Shown: in pieces, positions 1 to 11,900 of the stretch
How the letters are laid out: each line of letters begins with the position of its first letter
How positions within the stretch are numbered: the first letter of the stretch is position 1
DNA from: Eledone cirrhosa
Taxonomy: Eukaryota
DNA: 64,000 nucleotides
NCBI GenBank assembly: GCA_964016885.1
Contig: OZ024741.1
Coordinates: forward strand, 250,542,001-250,606,000
Reading direction: 5' to 3'
Notes under the pieces: generated by a model
The model's input: only the letters and a program-made list of their open reading frames with translations
The model's database searches: none
Told to the model about the DNA's origin: nothing
Program-made: the position numbers and the translations under genes

Positions 1-1713
1 GGTTTTCAATGCCGTTTTAATGGTGTTTTTTAATGGTATCCTTAATGACGCTTCGATAAGTTTCAATGTTATTTTAATGGGGTTTTGATTGATTTTTTAA
101 TGGAGTTTTTTTTAATGAACTTTTATTGGGGTTTTCAATCAGGTTTTTAACTGAATTTTTAATGTTTTTCAATTAGATTTTTTATGGAGTTTTTATGGGC
201 TTTTTAATGAGTTTTTAATGGTGTGCTAATTGAGTTTTCAATTACCTTTTTAATTGAGTATAAAATCGAGTTTTTACTAAGTTTTTAATGAATTTTAATG
301 GAATTTTAATGGGGTTTCCAATGGACTTTTAATTGTGTTTTAATGGGGTTTTAAAATTGGTTTTTAGTTCATTTTTCAGGGGCTTTTAATGGGGCTTAAT
401 GGGGGTTTAATGGGGGATTTAATTGAGTTTTTAATGGAGTTTAATAGAGTTTATAATGGAGGTTTTAATGGAGTTTTTAATGAAGTTTTAATGTAGTTTT
501 TAATGAGGTTTTTAATGACGATTTTAATGGCGTTCTTAATGGCGTTTTAATGGTATTTTATGGCATTTTAATGACGGTTGTAATGGTTTTTAATGGAGTG
601 TTAATTGGTTATTAATTGTATTTTAATGGGTTTTATGAGCTTTTTAATGGACTTTTTAGTGGTGTTTTTAATGGAGTTTTTAATGGGTCTTTTAATGGAA
701 TTTGCAATGTAGTTTTTAATGGTGTTTTCAATTGTATTTTTAATGACGTTTTAATGGTGTTTTTTATGGCGTTTTAATAGGATTTTTAATTGGTTTTTTA
801 AAGGACTATTATTATGGGTTTTTTATGTAATTTTATAATGGGATTTTCAGTAGGGTTTTTAATTGGATTTTTAATGGAGTTTATAATATGGTTTTTAATT
901 GGATTTTTAAAGAATTTATAATTGCGGTTTTAATATAGTGTTTAATGGAGTATTTAATTGGTTTTTAATGGTAATTTTAATGGAGTGTTTAATGTGTTTT
1001 TAATGGGGGAGGAGGGGGGTAAAATGCAGTTTTTAATTGAGTTATCAATGGAGTTTTTAATGACATTTTTAATTACGTTTTAATAGCGTTTTATGACGTT
1101 TTAATGACGTTTTAATGGTTTTTTTAATTGGGTTTTGGGAGTTTTTATGAGCTTCTAATTAGGTTTTAAATGGGGTTTTCAATGAGGTTTTTAGTGGAAT
1201 TTTTAATGGGCCTTTAATGTATTTTTAATGGGATTTTAATGTTTTTTATGGCGTTTTTACTGGTATTTTAAATGCTGTTTTAATGTTTCTTTTATGGCCT
1301 TTTAATTGGGTTTTTGATTGAGTTTTTAATGGATTTTTTTTAACGAGAATTATGAAGTTTAATGGGTTTCCAGTGTGTTTTAAATGAAGTTTTTGATTAT
1401 ATTTTTAATGGAATTTTAATGGCGGTTATGGGATTTTAATGGGTTCTGGTGGTATTTTTGTGGGTTTTAATGGGGTGTTAAATGGTTTTAATGTTGTTTT
1501 ACTTGCGCTTTCGATTACGTTTACAATTAAGTTTTTACTGTTTTTAATTGGATTTTTAATGGATTTTAATGTGGTTTTTAATGGAATTTTAATGGTGTTT
1601 TAATATAGTTTTTAATGGGTTTCGGATGTAGCTTTTAATGGTGGTTTAGTGTGCTTTTTATTGGGTTTTTAATGAGTTTTTATGAGCTTTTCAATGGAGT
1701 TTTTAATGGTGTT
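1..1713 (+). repeat. Degenerate ~10-11 bp satellite TTTT(T)AATGGNN, G/T-rich orientation (unit 1, distal part)
   Basis: Continuous variants of ttttaatgg(ag/tg/gt/cg) and ttttaattgg with a strong T/G strand bias. Confidence 0.95.
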
Positions 1714-1848
1714 TATATATATATATATATACATACATATATATGTATATATATATATTTACACATATATATGTGTATATATATATGTGTATATATATAT
1801 TTACACATATATATGTGTATATATATATTTACACATATATATGTGTAT

Positions 1849-1886
<38 letters not shown>

Positions 1887-1887
1887 T

Positions 1888-1953
<66 letters not shown>

Positions 1954-2026
1954 TATATATATATATATATATATTAAATATATATATATATATATATATA
2001 TTAAATATATATATAAATATATATAT

Positions 2027-2092
<66 letters not shown>
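1714..2092. repeat. Compound (TA)n microsatellite with three 18-bp palindromes tacacatatatatgtgta, then (TA)n runs punctuated by ttaa; present in every unit
   Basis: Read directly from the sequence. Equivalent tracts start near 7845, 13880, 22860, 28926, 34956, 41043, 47130, 53188 and 59282. Confidence 0.95.
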
Positions 2093-2096
<4 letters not shown>

Positions 2097-2295
2097 CACT
2101 TTCATGTTACACACTATATATAAACTGGGATTTATATTTTGCGTTAGTGCCATATTAAGCTGACAACGATATATTCGTATCTTAAAAAATATTTTTTTTA
2201 GATCACATTGTTCTAGATATTATTAAAATTATTAAATCTATTTTCAATTTGCACGAACACTTGCATATACTACATACATACATTTATATAGACAC
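2093..2295. other. Unique-sequence island A (~200 bp) of the repeat unit, function unknown
   Basis: The non-repetitive segment ttccactttcatgttacac...gcacgaacacttgcatatactac is nearly invariant in all 10 units. No recognisable RNA gene or coding signal. Confidence 0.8.
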
Positions 2296-2691
2296 TAACA
2301 CAAATATTAGCATATACATAATTTCTTAGTCATTGAGGATGTGTTTTTATACATACATATGCATATTGCATACATACATACATACACACATACAAGCATA
2401 TACATAGACATACACACACACATATATACACACACTGTATATATATATATACATACACACACACACACATATATATATATACACACACACACTATATATA
2501 TATATAGTGTGTGGTGTATATATATATATGTGTGTGTGTGTATGTATATATATACAGTGTGTGTATATATATGTGTGTGTATGTGTATGTATATGCTTGT
2601 ATGTGTGTATGTATGGATGCAATATGCATATGTATGTATAAAAAACACATCCTCAATTACTAAGAAAATATGTATATGCTAATATTTGTGT

Positions 2692-2693
<2 letters not shown>
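2296..2693. repeat. ~400 bp near-perfect palindrome (foldback/MITE-like), unit 1
   Basis: Left arm taacacaaatattagcatatacataatttcttagtcattgaggatgtg is the reverse complement, with a few mismatches, of right arm cacatcctcaattactaagaaaatatgtatatgctaatatttgtgtta. The centre acacactatatatatatatagtgtgt (~2500) has no spacer. Mirror-image ORFs on both strands in the ORF track agree. Confidence 0.95.
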
Positions 2694-2723
<30 letters not shown>

Positions 2724-2782
2724 CGCACACACTATATATATATATATACATACACACTATATATATATATATACACACACAC

Positions 2783-2838
<56 letters not shown>

Positions 2839-2839
<1 letters not shown>

Positions 2840-3483
2840 AATCCCATTAAAAACCACATTAAAAATTCAATTAAAAATCTATTTTGAAAAACCCATTAAA
2901 AACCCCATTATAAGCTCATAAAACACTCCATTAAAACCCCAACCAAACCCCCCATTAAAACACAATTAAAACATCATTAAGAATGCCAATAAAAGCGCCA
3001 TTAAAAACCACATTGGAAACCCATAAAAACCCAATTAAAACAAAATTAAAGTTTCCATTAAAAGTCCCCATTAAAACTCCATTAAAACCCCATTAAACCC
3101 CCCTCGAAAAGACATTAAAACCTCAAATTTAAACCGAAATAAAAACTCAATTAAAACGCAATTAAAAACTCAATTAAAACACCATTAAAAACACAATTAA
3201 AAGCCCATTAAACCAATTAAAATTGCATTAACACACCACTAAGGTTCCATTGGAAAACCATTAAAAATGTCATTAAAAACTACACTGAAAACCCATTAAA
3301 CCCCCATTAAAAGCGCACCCAAAACTTTATAAAAAACCAAATAAAAACCCCATTAAAATACCATTAAAACGGCATAAAACACCATTAAAACTACATTAAA
3401 ACTCAATTAAAAATTCCATTTAAATCTCCATTATAAACTCAATTAAAACTCCATTAAAACTCAATTAAAAACTCCATTAAAAA
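2839..3483 (-). repeat. Same ~10-bp satellite in inverted orientation (CCATTAAAA), unit 1
   Basis: Runs of ccattaaaa and caattaaaa, the reverse complement of ttttaatgg and ttttaattg. Confidence 0.95.
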
Positions 3484-3595
3484 CACACACACATGAAGTT
3501 ACATGCTGGCTTGCACACTTATAGCGATTGCTATTTCCTTTTAATTTCATTAAAACTAGGATGTTTTAGAAAGATAAAAACAAAACTGAATAATG
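3484..3595. other. Unique-sequence island B (~110 bp) of the repeat unit, function unknown
   Basis: The segment catgaagttacatgctggcttgcacacttatagcgattgctatttcc... occurs in all units and contains a small hairpin atagc-gatt-gctat. Confidence 0.75.
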
Positions 3596-3725
3596 AAGAG
3601 ACTAGGGAGGGGTAAAGAAAGGCAGATCAGGCTGTAGAGGACAGTAGGGGGAGAAGAGGGAAGAGACTTGGGAGTGGTAAAGAAAGGCAGATCTGGCTGT
3701 AGAGGACAGTAGGGGGAGAAGAGGG
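3596..3725 (+). repeat. Direct tandem duplication, 2 x 65 bp, purine/G-rich
   Basis: aagagact(a/t)gggaggggtaaagaaaggcagatc(a/t)ggctgtagaggacagtagggggagaagaggg at 3596 and 3661. The pair also starts at 9710, 18666, 24729, 30790, 36842, 42926, 48997, 55071 and 61175. Confidence 0.95.
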
Positions 3726-3729
3726 AGAA

Positions 3730-3777
3730 ATAAACTAAATTATAAACTAAGTTATAAACTAAATTATAAACTAAATT
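3730..3777 (+). repeat. 12-bp minisatellite (ataaactaaatt) x4
   Basis: ataaactaaatt ataaactaagtt ataaactaaatt ataaactaaatt; present in each unit. Confidence 0.9.
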
Positions 3778-3785
3778 AAAAACTC

Positions 3786-4135
3786 AATAAAATAAAATAA
3801 AATAAAATAAAATAAAATAAAATAAAATAAAATAAAATAAAATAAAATAAAATAAAATAAAATAAAATAAAATAAAAAATAAAATAAAATAAAATAAAAT
3901 AAAACAAAATAAAATAAAATAAAATAAAATAAAATAAAATAAAAAATAAAATAAAATAAAATAAAAAAAACTAAAAAATATAAATAAAATAAAATAAATA
4001 AAATAAAATAAAATAAAATAAAATAAAATAAAATAAAATAAAATAAAATAAAATAAAATAAATAAAAATAAAATAAAATAAAAAAAAATAAAAAAAAATT
4101 AAATATAAAAAATAAATAAAATAAAATAAAATAAG
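3786..4135 (+). repeat. (AAAAT)n pentanucleotide microsatellite, variable length between units
   Basis: Read directly; roughly 245-390 bp across units, longest in unit 10 (about 61366-61753). Confidence 0.97.
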
Positions 4136-4596
4136 AACTCAATTAAAAACTCAGTAAAAACTCAATTAAAAACTCAATTAAAAACTCAATCGAAGCACCA
4201 TTAAAACACCATTAAAAACTCCACTATAAACCCACTAAACCCATTAAAAACCAATTAAAAATTCAATTACACATCCCATTAGAAATTTCATTAAAAACTC
4301 AATTAAAAGTTCCATTGAAAACACATTCAAAACCCATTAACCCCATATTAAAAGTTCATAAAACTCTATTAAAAACCCAATAACAAACCAATTAAAACGC
4401 CATTAAAACGCCACAAAACACAATAAAATGTCTTAAAAACGCCATTAAAACATCACAAAAAGCCCAATTAAAAAACCATTAATAATGTCATTAAAAATTC
4501 CATAAAAATCCATTAAAAACTCCACTAAAAGCCCATTAAAAAGTTCATTAAAAGCCATATTATAAATTTCATAAAAAACAATTGAAAACCCCATTA
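4136..4596 (-). repeat. Second inverted block of the 10-bp satellite (CCATTAAAA orientation), ending at a strand-switch junction
   Basis: Orientation flips abruptly at gaaaaccccattatttatgagcctttt (~4597). Confidence 0.92.
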
Positions 4597-7500
4597 TTTA
4601 TGAGCCTTTTTTTATGAGTTTTTAATAGTGTTTTAATTCAGTTTTTAATTGCGTTTAAAATTGGGTTTTAATGGCTTTTTAATGGTGTTTTAATGGGATT
4701 TTCGATGGTGTTTAATGGGTTTTTTATGGAGTTTTTAATTGGGTTTTCAATGGTGTTGTTTATGAGTTTTTAAATGGGTTTTTAATGGAATTTTTGATTG
4801 CGTTGTTAATGAAATTTTTAATAGATTCAAGGATGTTTTAATGGAGTTTTTAATGGTCTTTTTAATGGCGTTTTAATTGTGTTTTTATGGTGTTTAAATG
4901 CGTTTTAATGATTTTTAATTGGGTTTTTAATGGAGTATTTTTAATGAGCTCTTAATGGATTTTTCAATTGGATACTTAATGGGTTTTAATGGAATTTATA
5001 ATAAGGGTTCTAATTGACTTTAAATATGATTTTTAATGGAGTTTTTAATGAAATTTCTAATGGTGTTTTTAATTGCGTTTCCCCCCCGTGAGGGTTTTAT
5101 TGGCATTTTAAATGACATTTTAATGAGTTTTTATGATGTTTTAATGGCGTTGTAATTGTTTTTTATTGGGTTTTTAATATAATTTTGTATGAGCTTTTAA
5201 TGGGGGTTTTCAATGTTGTTTTTAATGGAGTGTTTAATGGAATTTTAATGGGGGTTTGATAAAAAAAATTAATTGTTTTTAATTTAATTTTTAATGCGTT
5301 TTTGATGGTGTTTAAGTGCGTTCATGATGATCTTTTTAATGGATTTTTAATGGGGTTTTAATTGAATTTTTAATGGCGTTTTCAATGTAATTTTTAATGA
5401 TAGTTTAATGGTGTTTTAATGACGTTTTAATTGTGTTTTTTATGGTGTTTTAGTGACGTTTAAATAGGATTTTTAATTGGTTTTTTAATTGAGTATTTAT
5501 ATGAGTTTTCACTGGTGTTTTTAATGGGTTTTTCAATATTGCATTTAATGAAATTTTTAATATGGTTTCAAATGGAATTTTTAATGTGTTTTTAATTGGG
5601 TTTCTAGTGACGTTTTTAATGGTACTTTAAATGACGTTTTAATGACTTTTATGGCGTTTTAATGGGTTTTTTAATTGGGTTTTTAATGTAGTTTTTTAAA
5701 AGATCTTTACTTGGGATTTTATGGGTTTTCAATGCGGTTTTTAATGGTATATTAATGGAGTTTTTGGTGTGGTTGTTAATGGTATTAGTGACATTTTAAT
5801 GTGTTTTTAATGGTGTTTTAAGCGAGTTTCTGATTTAGTTTAAATTTAAATATTTGATGGTCCTTCTAATGGGCTTTAATGGATGTGTAATGTGTTTAAT
5901 GCAATTTTAATGGGGTTTAATGGGGGTAGTAGGTTTCAATGTGTTTTAATGGAGTTTTAATGGCTAGTGCTCTTTTTTTAAGAGTTTTTAATGGTGTTTT
6001 TAATGGTTTTTCATTGAGCTTTTAATTGCGTTTTTAATTGCGTTTTTAATCTAGTTTAAAAATTGAGTTTTAATGGGTTTTTCAATTAGGTTTTTAATGG
6101 ATTTATAATGGTGTTTTTTACGGATCCTTTAATTTTTTATAATGGGTTTTCAATGCCGTTTTAATGGTGTTTTTTAATGGTATCCTTAATGACGCTTCGA
6201 TAAGTTTCAATGTTATTTTAATGGGGTTTTGATTGATTTTTTAATGGAGTTTTTTTAATGAACTTTTATTGGGGTTTTCAATCAGGCTTTTAACTGAATT
6301 TTTAATTTTTTTCAATTAGATTTTTTATGGAGTTTTTATGGGCTTTTTAATGAGTTTTTAATGGTGTGCTAATTGAGTTTTCAATTACCTTTTTAATTTA
6401 GTATAAAATCGAGTTTTTACTAAGTTTTTAATGAATTTTTAATGGAATTTTAATGGGGGTTTCCAATGGACTTTTAATTGTGTTTTAATGGGGTTTTAAA
6501 ATTGGTTTTTAGTTGCATTTTTCAGGGGCTTTTAATGGGGCTTAATGGGGGTTTAATGGGGGATTTAATTGAGTTTTTAATGGAGTTTAATAGAGTTTAT
6601 AATGGAGGTTTTAATGGAGTTTTTAATGAAGTTTTAATGTAGTTTTTAATGAGGTTTTTAATGACGATTTTAATGGCGTTCTTAATGGCGTTTTAATGGT
6701 ATTTTATGGCATTTTAATGACGGTTGTAATGGTTTTTAATGGAGTGTTAATTGGTTATTAATTGTATTTTAATGGGTTTTATGAGCTTTTTAATGGGTTT
6801 TAGTGATGTTTTTAATGGAGTTTTTAATGGGTCTTTTAATGGAATTTGCAATGTAGTTTTTAATGGTGTTTTCAATTGTATTTTTAATGACGTTTTAATG
6901 GTGTTTTTTATGGCGTTTTAATAGGATTTTTAATTGGTTTTTTAAAGGACTATTATTATGGGTTTTTTATGTAATTTTATAATGGGATTTTCAGTAGGGT
7001 TTTTAATTGGATTTTTAATGGAGTTTATAATATGGTTTTTAATTGGATTTTTAAAGAATTTATAATTGCGGTTTTAATATAGTGTTTAATGGAGTATTTA
7101 ATTGGTTTTTAATGGTAATTTTAATGGAGTGTTTAATGTGTTTTTAATGGGGGAGGAGGGGGGTAAAATGCAGTTTTTAATTGAGTTATCAATGGAGTTT
7201 TTAATGACATTTTTTATGACGTTTTAATAGCGTTTTATGACGTTTTAATGACGTTTTAATGGTTTTTTTATTGGGTTTTGGGAGTTTTTATGAGCTTCTA
7301 ATTAGGTTTTAAATGGGGTTTTCAATGAGGTTTTTAGTGGAATTTTTAATGGGCCTTTAATGTATTTTTAATGGGATTTTAATGTTTTTAATGGTATTTT
7401 AAATGCTGTTTTAATGTTTCTTTTATGGCCTTTTAATTGGGTTTTTGATTGAGTTTTTAATGGATTTTTTTTAACGAGAATTATGAAGTTTAATGGGTTT

Positions 7501-7844
7501 CCAGTGTGTTTTAAATGAAGTTTTTGATAATATTTTTAATGGAATTTTAATGGCGGTTATGGGATTTTAATGGGTTCTGGTGGTATTTTTGTGGGTTTTA
7601 ATGGGGTGTTAAATGGTTTTAATGTTGTTTTACTTGCGCTTTCGATTACGTTTACAATTAAGTTTTTACTGTTTTTAATTGGATTTTTAATGGATTTTAA
7701 TGTGGTTTTTAATGGAATTTTAATTGTGTTTTAATATAGTTTTTAATGGGTTTCGGATGTAGCTTTTAATGGTGGTTTACTGTGCTTTTTATTGGGTTTT
7801 TAATGAGTTTTTATGAGCTTTTCAATGGAGCTTTTAATGGTGTT
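4597..7844 (+). repeat. ~3.2 kb forward block of the 10-bp satellite (spans the arbitrary unit 1/2 boundary)
   Basis: Continuous ttttaatgg variants from the strand switch to the next (TA)n tract. Confidence 0.95.
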
Positions 7845-7977
7845 TATATATATATATATACATACATATATATGTATATATATATATTTACACATATATA
7901 TGTGTATATATATATGTGTATATATATATTTACACATATATATGTGTATATATATATTTACACATATATATGTGTAT

Positions 7978-8015
<38 letters not shown>

Positions 8016-8045
8016 TTAAATATATATATATATATATATATATAT

Positions 8046-8082
<37 letters not shown>

Positions 8083-8182
8083 TATATATATATATATATA
8101 TATTAAATATATATATATATATATATATATTAAATATATATATATATATATATATATTAAATATATATATATATATATATAT

Positions 8183-8213
<31 letters not shown>

Positions 8214-8414
8214 TCCACTTTCATGTTACACACTACATATAAACTGGGATTTATATTTTGCGTTAGTGCCATATTAAGCTGACAACGATATATTCGTATC
8301 TTAAAAAATATTTTTTTTAGATCACATTGTTCTAGATATTATTAAAATTATTAAATCTATTTTCAATTTGCACGAACACTTGCATATACTACATACATAC
8401 ATTTATATAGACAC

Positions 8415-8804
8415 TAACACAAATATTAGCATATACATAATTTCTTAGTCATTGAGGATGTGTTTTTATACATACATATGCATATTGCATACATACATAC
8501 ATACACACATACAAGCATATACATAGACATACACACACACATATATACACACACTGTATATATATATATACACACACACACACATATATATATACACACA
8601 CACACTATATATATATATAGTGTGTGGTGTATATATATATATGTGTGTGTGTGTATGTATATATATACAGTGTGTGTATATATATGTGTGTGTATGTGTA
8701 TGTATATGCTTGTATGTGTGTATGTATGGATGCAATATGCATATGTATGTATAAAAAACACATCCTCAATTACTAAGAAAATATGTATATGCTAATATTT
8801 GTGT

Positions 8805-8806
<2 letters not shown>
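8415..8806. repeat. ~400 bp palindrome, unit 2
   Basis: Same arms as 2296-2693. Confidence 0.93.
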
Positions 8807-8836
<30 letters not shown>

Positions 8837-8899
8837 CGCACACACTATATATATATATATATATACATACACACTATATATATATATATACACACACAC

Positions 8900-8950
<51 letters not shown>

Positions 8951-11900
8951 AATCCCATTAAAAACCACATTAAAAATTCAATTAAAAATCTATTTTGAAA
9001 AACCCATTAAAAACCCCATTATAAGCTCATAAAACACTCCATTAAAACCCCAACCAAACCCCCCATTAAAACACAATTAAAACATCATTAAGAATGCCAA
9101 TAAAAGCGCCATTAAAAACCACATTGGAAACCCATAAAAACCCAATTAAAACAAAATTAAAGTTTCCATCAAAAGTCCCCATTAAAACTCCATTAAAACC
9201 CCCATTAACCCCCCCCCTCGAAAAGACATTAAAACCTCAAATTTAAACCGAAATAAAAACTCAATAAAAACGCAATTAAAAACTCAATTAAAACACCATT
9301 AAAAACACAATTAAAAGCCCATTAAACCAATTAAAATTGCATTAACACACCACTAAGGTTCCATTGGAAAACCATTAAAAATGTCATTAAAAACTACACT
9401 GAAAACCCATTAAACCCCTATTAAAAGCGCACCCAAAACTTTATAAAAAAACAAATAAAAACCCCATTAAAATACCATTAAAACGGCATAAAACACCATT
9501 AAAACTACATTAAAACTCAATTAAAAATTCCATTTAAATCTCCATTATAAACTCAATTAAAACTCCATTAAAACTCAATTAAAAACTCCATTAAAAACAC
9601 ACACACATGAAGTTACATGCTGGCTTGCACACTTATAGCGATTGCTATTTCCTTTTAATTTCATTAAAACTAGGATGTTTTAGAAAGATAAAAACAAAAC
9701 TGAATAATGAAGAGACTAGGGAGGGGTAAAGAAAGGCAGATCAGGCTGTAGAGGACAGTAGGGGGAGAAGAGGGAAGAGACTTGGGAGGGGTAAAGAAAG
9801 GCAGATCTGGCTGTAGAGGACAGTAGGGGGAGAAGAGGGAGAAATAAACTAAATTATAAACTAAGTAATAAACTAAATTATAAACTAAACTAAATTAAAA
9901 ACTCAATAAAATAAAATAAAATAAAATAAAATAAAATAAAATAAAATAAAATAAAATAAAATAAAATAAAATAAAATAAAATAAAATAAAATAAAATAAA
10001 ATAAAATAAAAAATATAAATAAAATAAAATAAAATAAATAAAATAAAATAAAATAAAATAAAATAAAATCAAATAAATAAAAATAAAATAAAATAAAAAA
10101 AAATAAAAAAAATTAAATATAAAAAATAAATAAAATAAAATAAAATAAGAACTCAATTAAAAACTCAGTTAAAACTCAATTAAAAACTCAATTAAAAACT
10201 CAATCGAAGCACCATTAAAACACCATTAAAAACTCCACTATAAACCCACTAAACCCATTAAAAACCAATTAAAAATTCAATTACACATCCCATTAGAAAT
10301 TTCATTAAAAACTCAATTAAAAGTTCCATTGAAAACACATTCAAAACCCATTAACCCCATATTAAAAGTTCATAAAACTCTATTAAAAACCCAATAACAA
10401 ACCAATTAAAACGCCATTAAAACGCCACAAAACAATAAAATGTCATAAAAACGCCATTAAAACATCACAAAAAGCCCAACTAAAAAACCATTAATAATGT
10501 CATTAAAAATTCCATAAAAATCCATTAAAAACTCCACTAAAAGCCCATTAAAAAGTTCATTAAAAGCCATATTATAAATTTCATAAAAAACAATTGAAAA
10601 CCCCATTATTTATGAGCCTTTTTTATGAGTTTTTAATAGTGTTTTAATTCAGTTTTTAATTGCGTTTAAAATTGGGTTTTAATGGCTTTTTAATGGTGTT
10701 TTAATGGAATTTTAATGGGATTTTCGATGGTGTTTAATGGGTTTTTTATGGAGTTTTTAATTGGGTTTTCAATGGTGTTGTTTATGAGTTTTTAAATGGG
10801 TTTTTAATGGAATTTTTGATTGCGTTTTTAATGAAATTTTTAATAGATTCAAGGATGTTTTAATGGAGTTTTTAATGGTCTTTTTAATGGCGTTTTAATT
10901 GTGTTTTTATGGTGTTTAAATGCGTTTTAATGATTTTTAATTGGGTTTTTAATGGAGTATTTTTAATGAGCTCTTAATGGATTTTTCAATTGGATACTTA
11001 ATGGGTTTTAATGGAATTTATAATAAGGGTTCTAATTGACTTTAAATATGATTTTTAATGGAGTTTTTAATGAAATTTCTAATGGTGTTTTTAATTGCGT
11101 TCCCCCCCGTGAGGGTTTTAATGGCATTTTAAATGACATTTTAATGAGTTTTTATGATGTTTTAATGGCGTTGTAATTGTTTTTTATTGGGTTTTTAATA
11201 TAATTTTGTATGAGCTTTTAATGGGGGTTTTCAATGTTGTTTTTAATGGAGTGTTTAATGGAATTTTAATGGGGGTTTGATAAAAAAAATTAATTGCTTT
11301 TTAATTTAATTTTTAATGCGTTTTTGATGGTGTTTAAGTGCGTTCATGATGATCTTTTTAATGGATTTTTAATGGGGTTTTAATTGACTTTTTAATGGTG
11401 TTTTCAATGTAATTTTTAATGATAGTTTAATGGTGTTTTAATGACGTTTTAATTGTGTTTTTTATGGTGTTTTAGTGACGTTTAAATAGGATTTTTAATT
11501 GGTTTTTTAATTGAGTATTTATATGAGTTTTCACTGGTGTTTTTAATGGGTTTTTCAATATTGCATTTAATGAAATTTTTAATATGGTTTCAAATGGAAT
11601 TTTTAATGTGTTTTTAATTGGGTTTCTAGTGACGTTTTTAATGGTACTTTAAATGACGTTTTAATGACTTTTATGGCGTTTTAATGGGTTTTTTAATTGG
11701 GTTTTTAATGTAGTTTTTTAAAAGATCTTTACTTGGGATTTTATGGGTTTTCAATGCGGTTTTTAATGGTATATTAATGGAGTTTTTGGTGTGGTTGTTA
11801 ATGGTATTAGTGACATTTTAATGTGTTTTTAATGGTGTTTTAAGCGAGTTTCTGATTTAGTTTAAATTTAAATATTTGATGGTCCTTCTAATGGGCTTTA

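Noticed and set aside
1-1713. Telomeric repeat or CENP-B box within the G/T-rich satellite
   Set aside because: There are no tandem TTAGG/TTAGGG/TTAGGC runs, and the TTCG sites do not fit NTTCGNNNNANNCGGGN.
2132-2153. Minus-strand tatggcactaacgc... sharing a seed with the miR-183/miR-263 family
   Set aside because: Only the first ~9 nt match, and I could not find a complementary arm forming a pre-miRNA hairpin.
2093-3725. tRNA, 5S rRNA, snRNA or spliced-leader RNA gene in the unique islands
   Set aside because: No cloverleaf, A/B boxes, recognisable snRNA sequence or splice-donor plus Sm-site arrangement was found on either strand. An Rfam search is still needed to exclude divergent forms.
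3596-3725. CRISPR-like repeat
   Set aside because: Only two adjacent copies with no spacer and no cas genes, in a eukaryotic satellite context.
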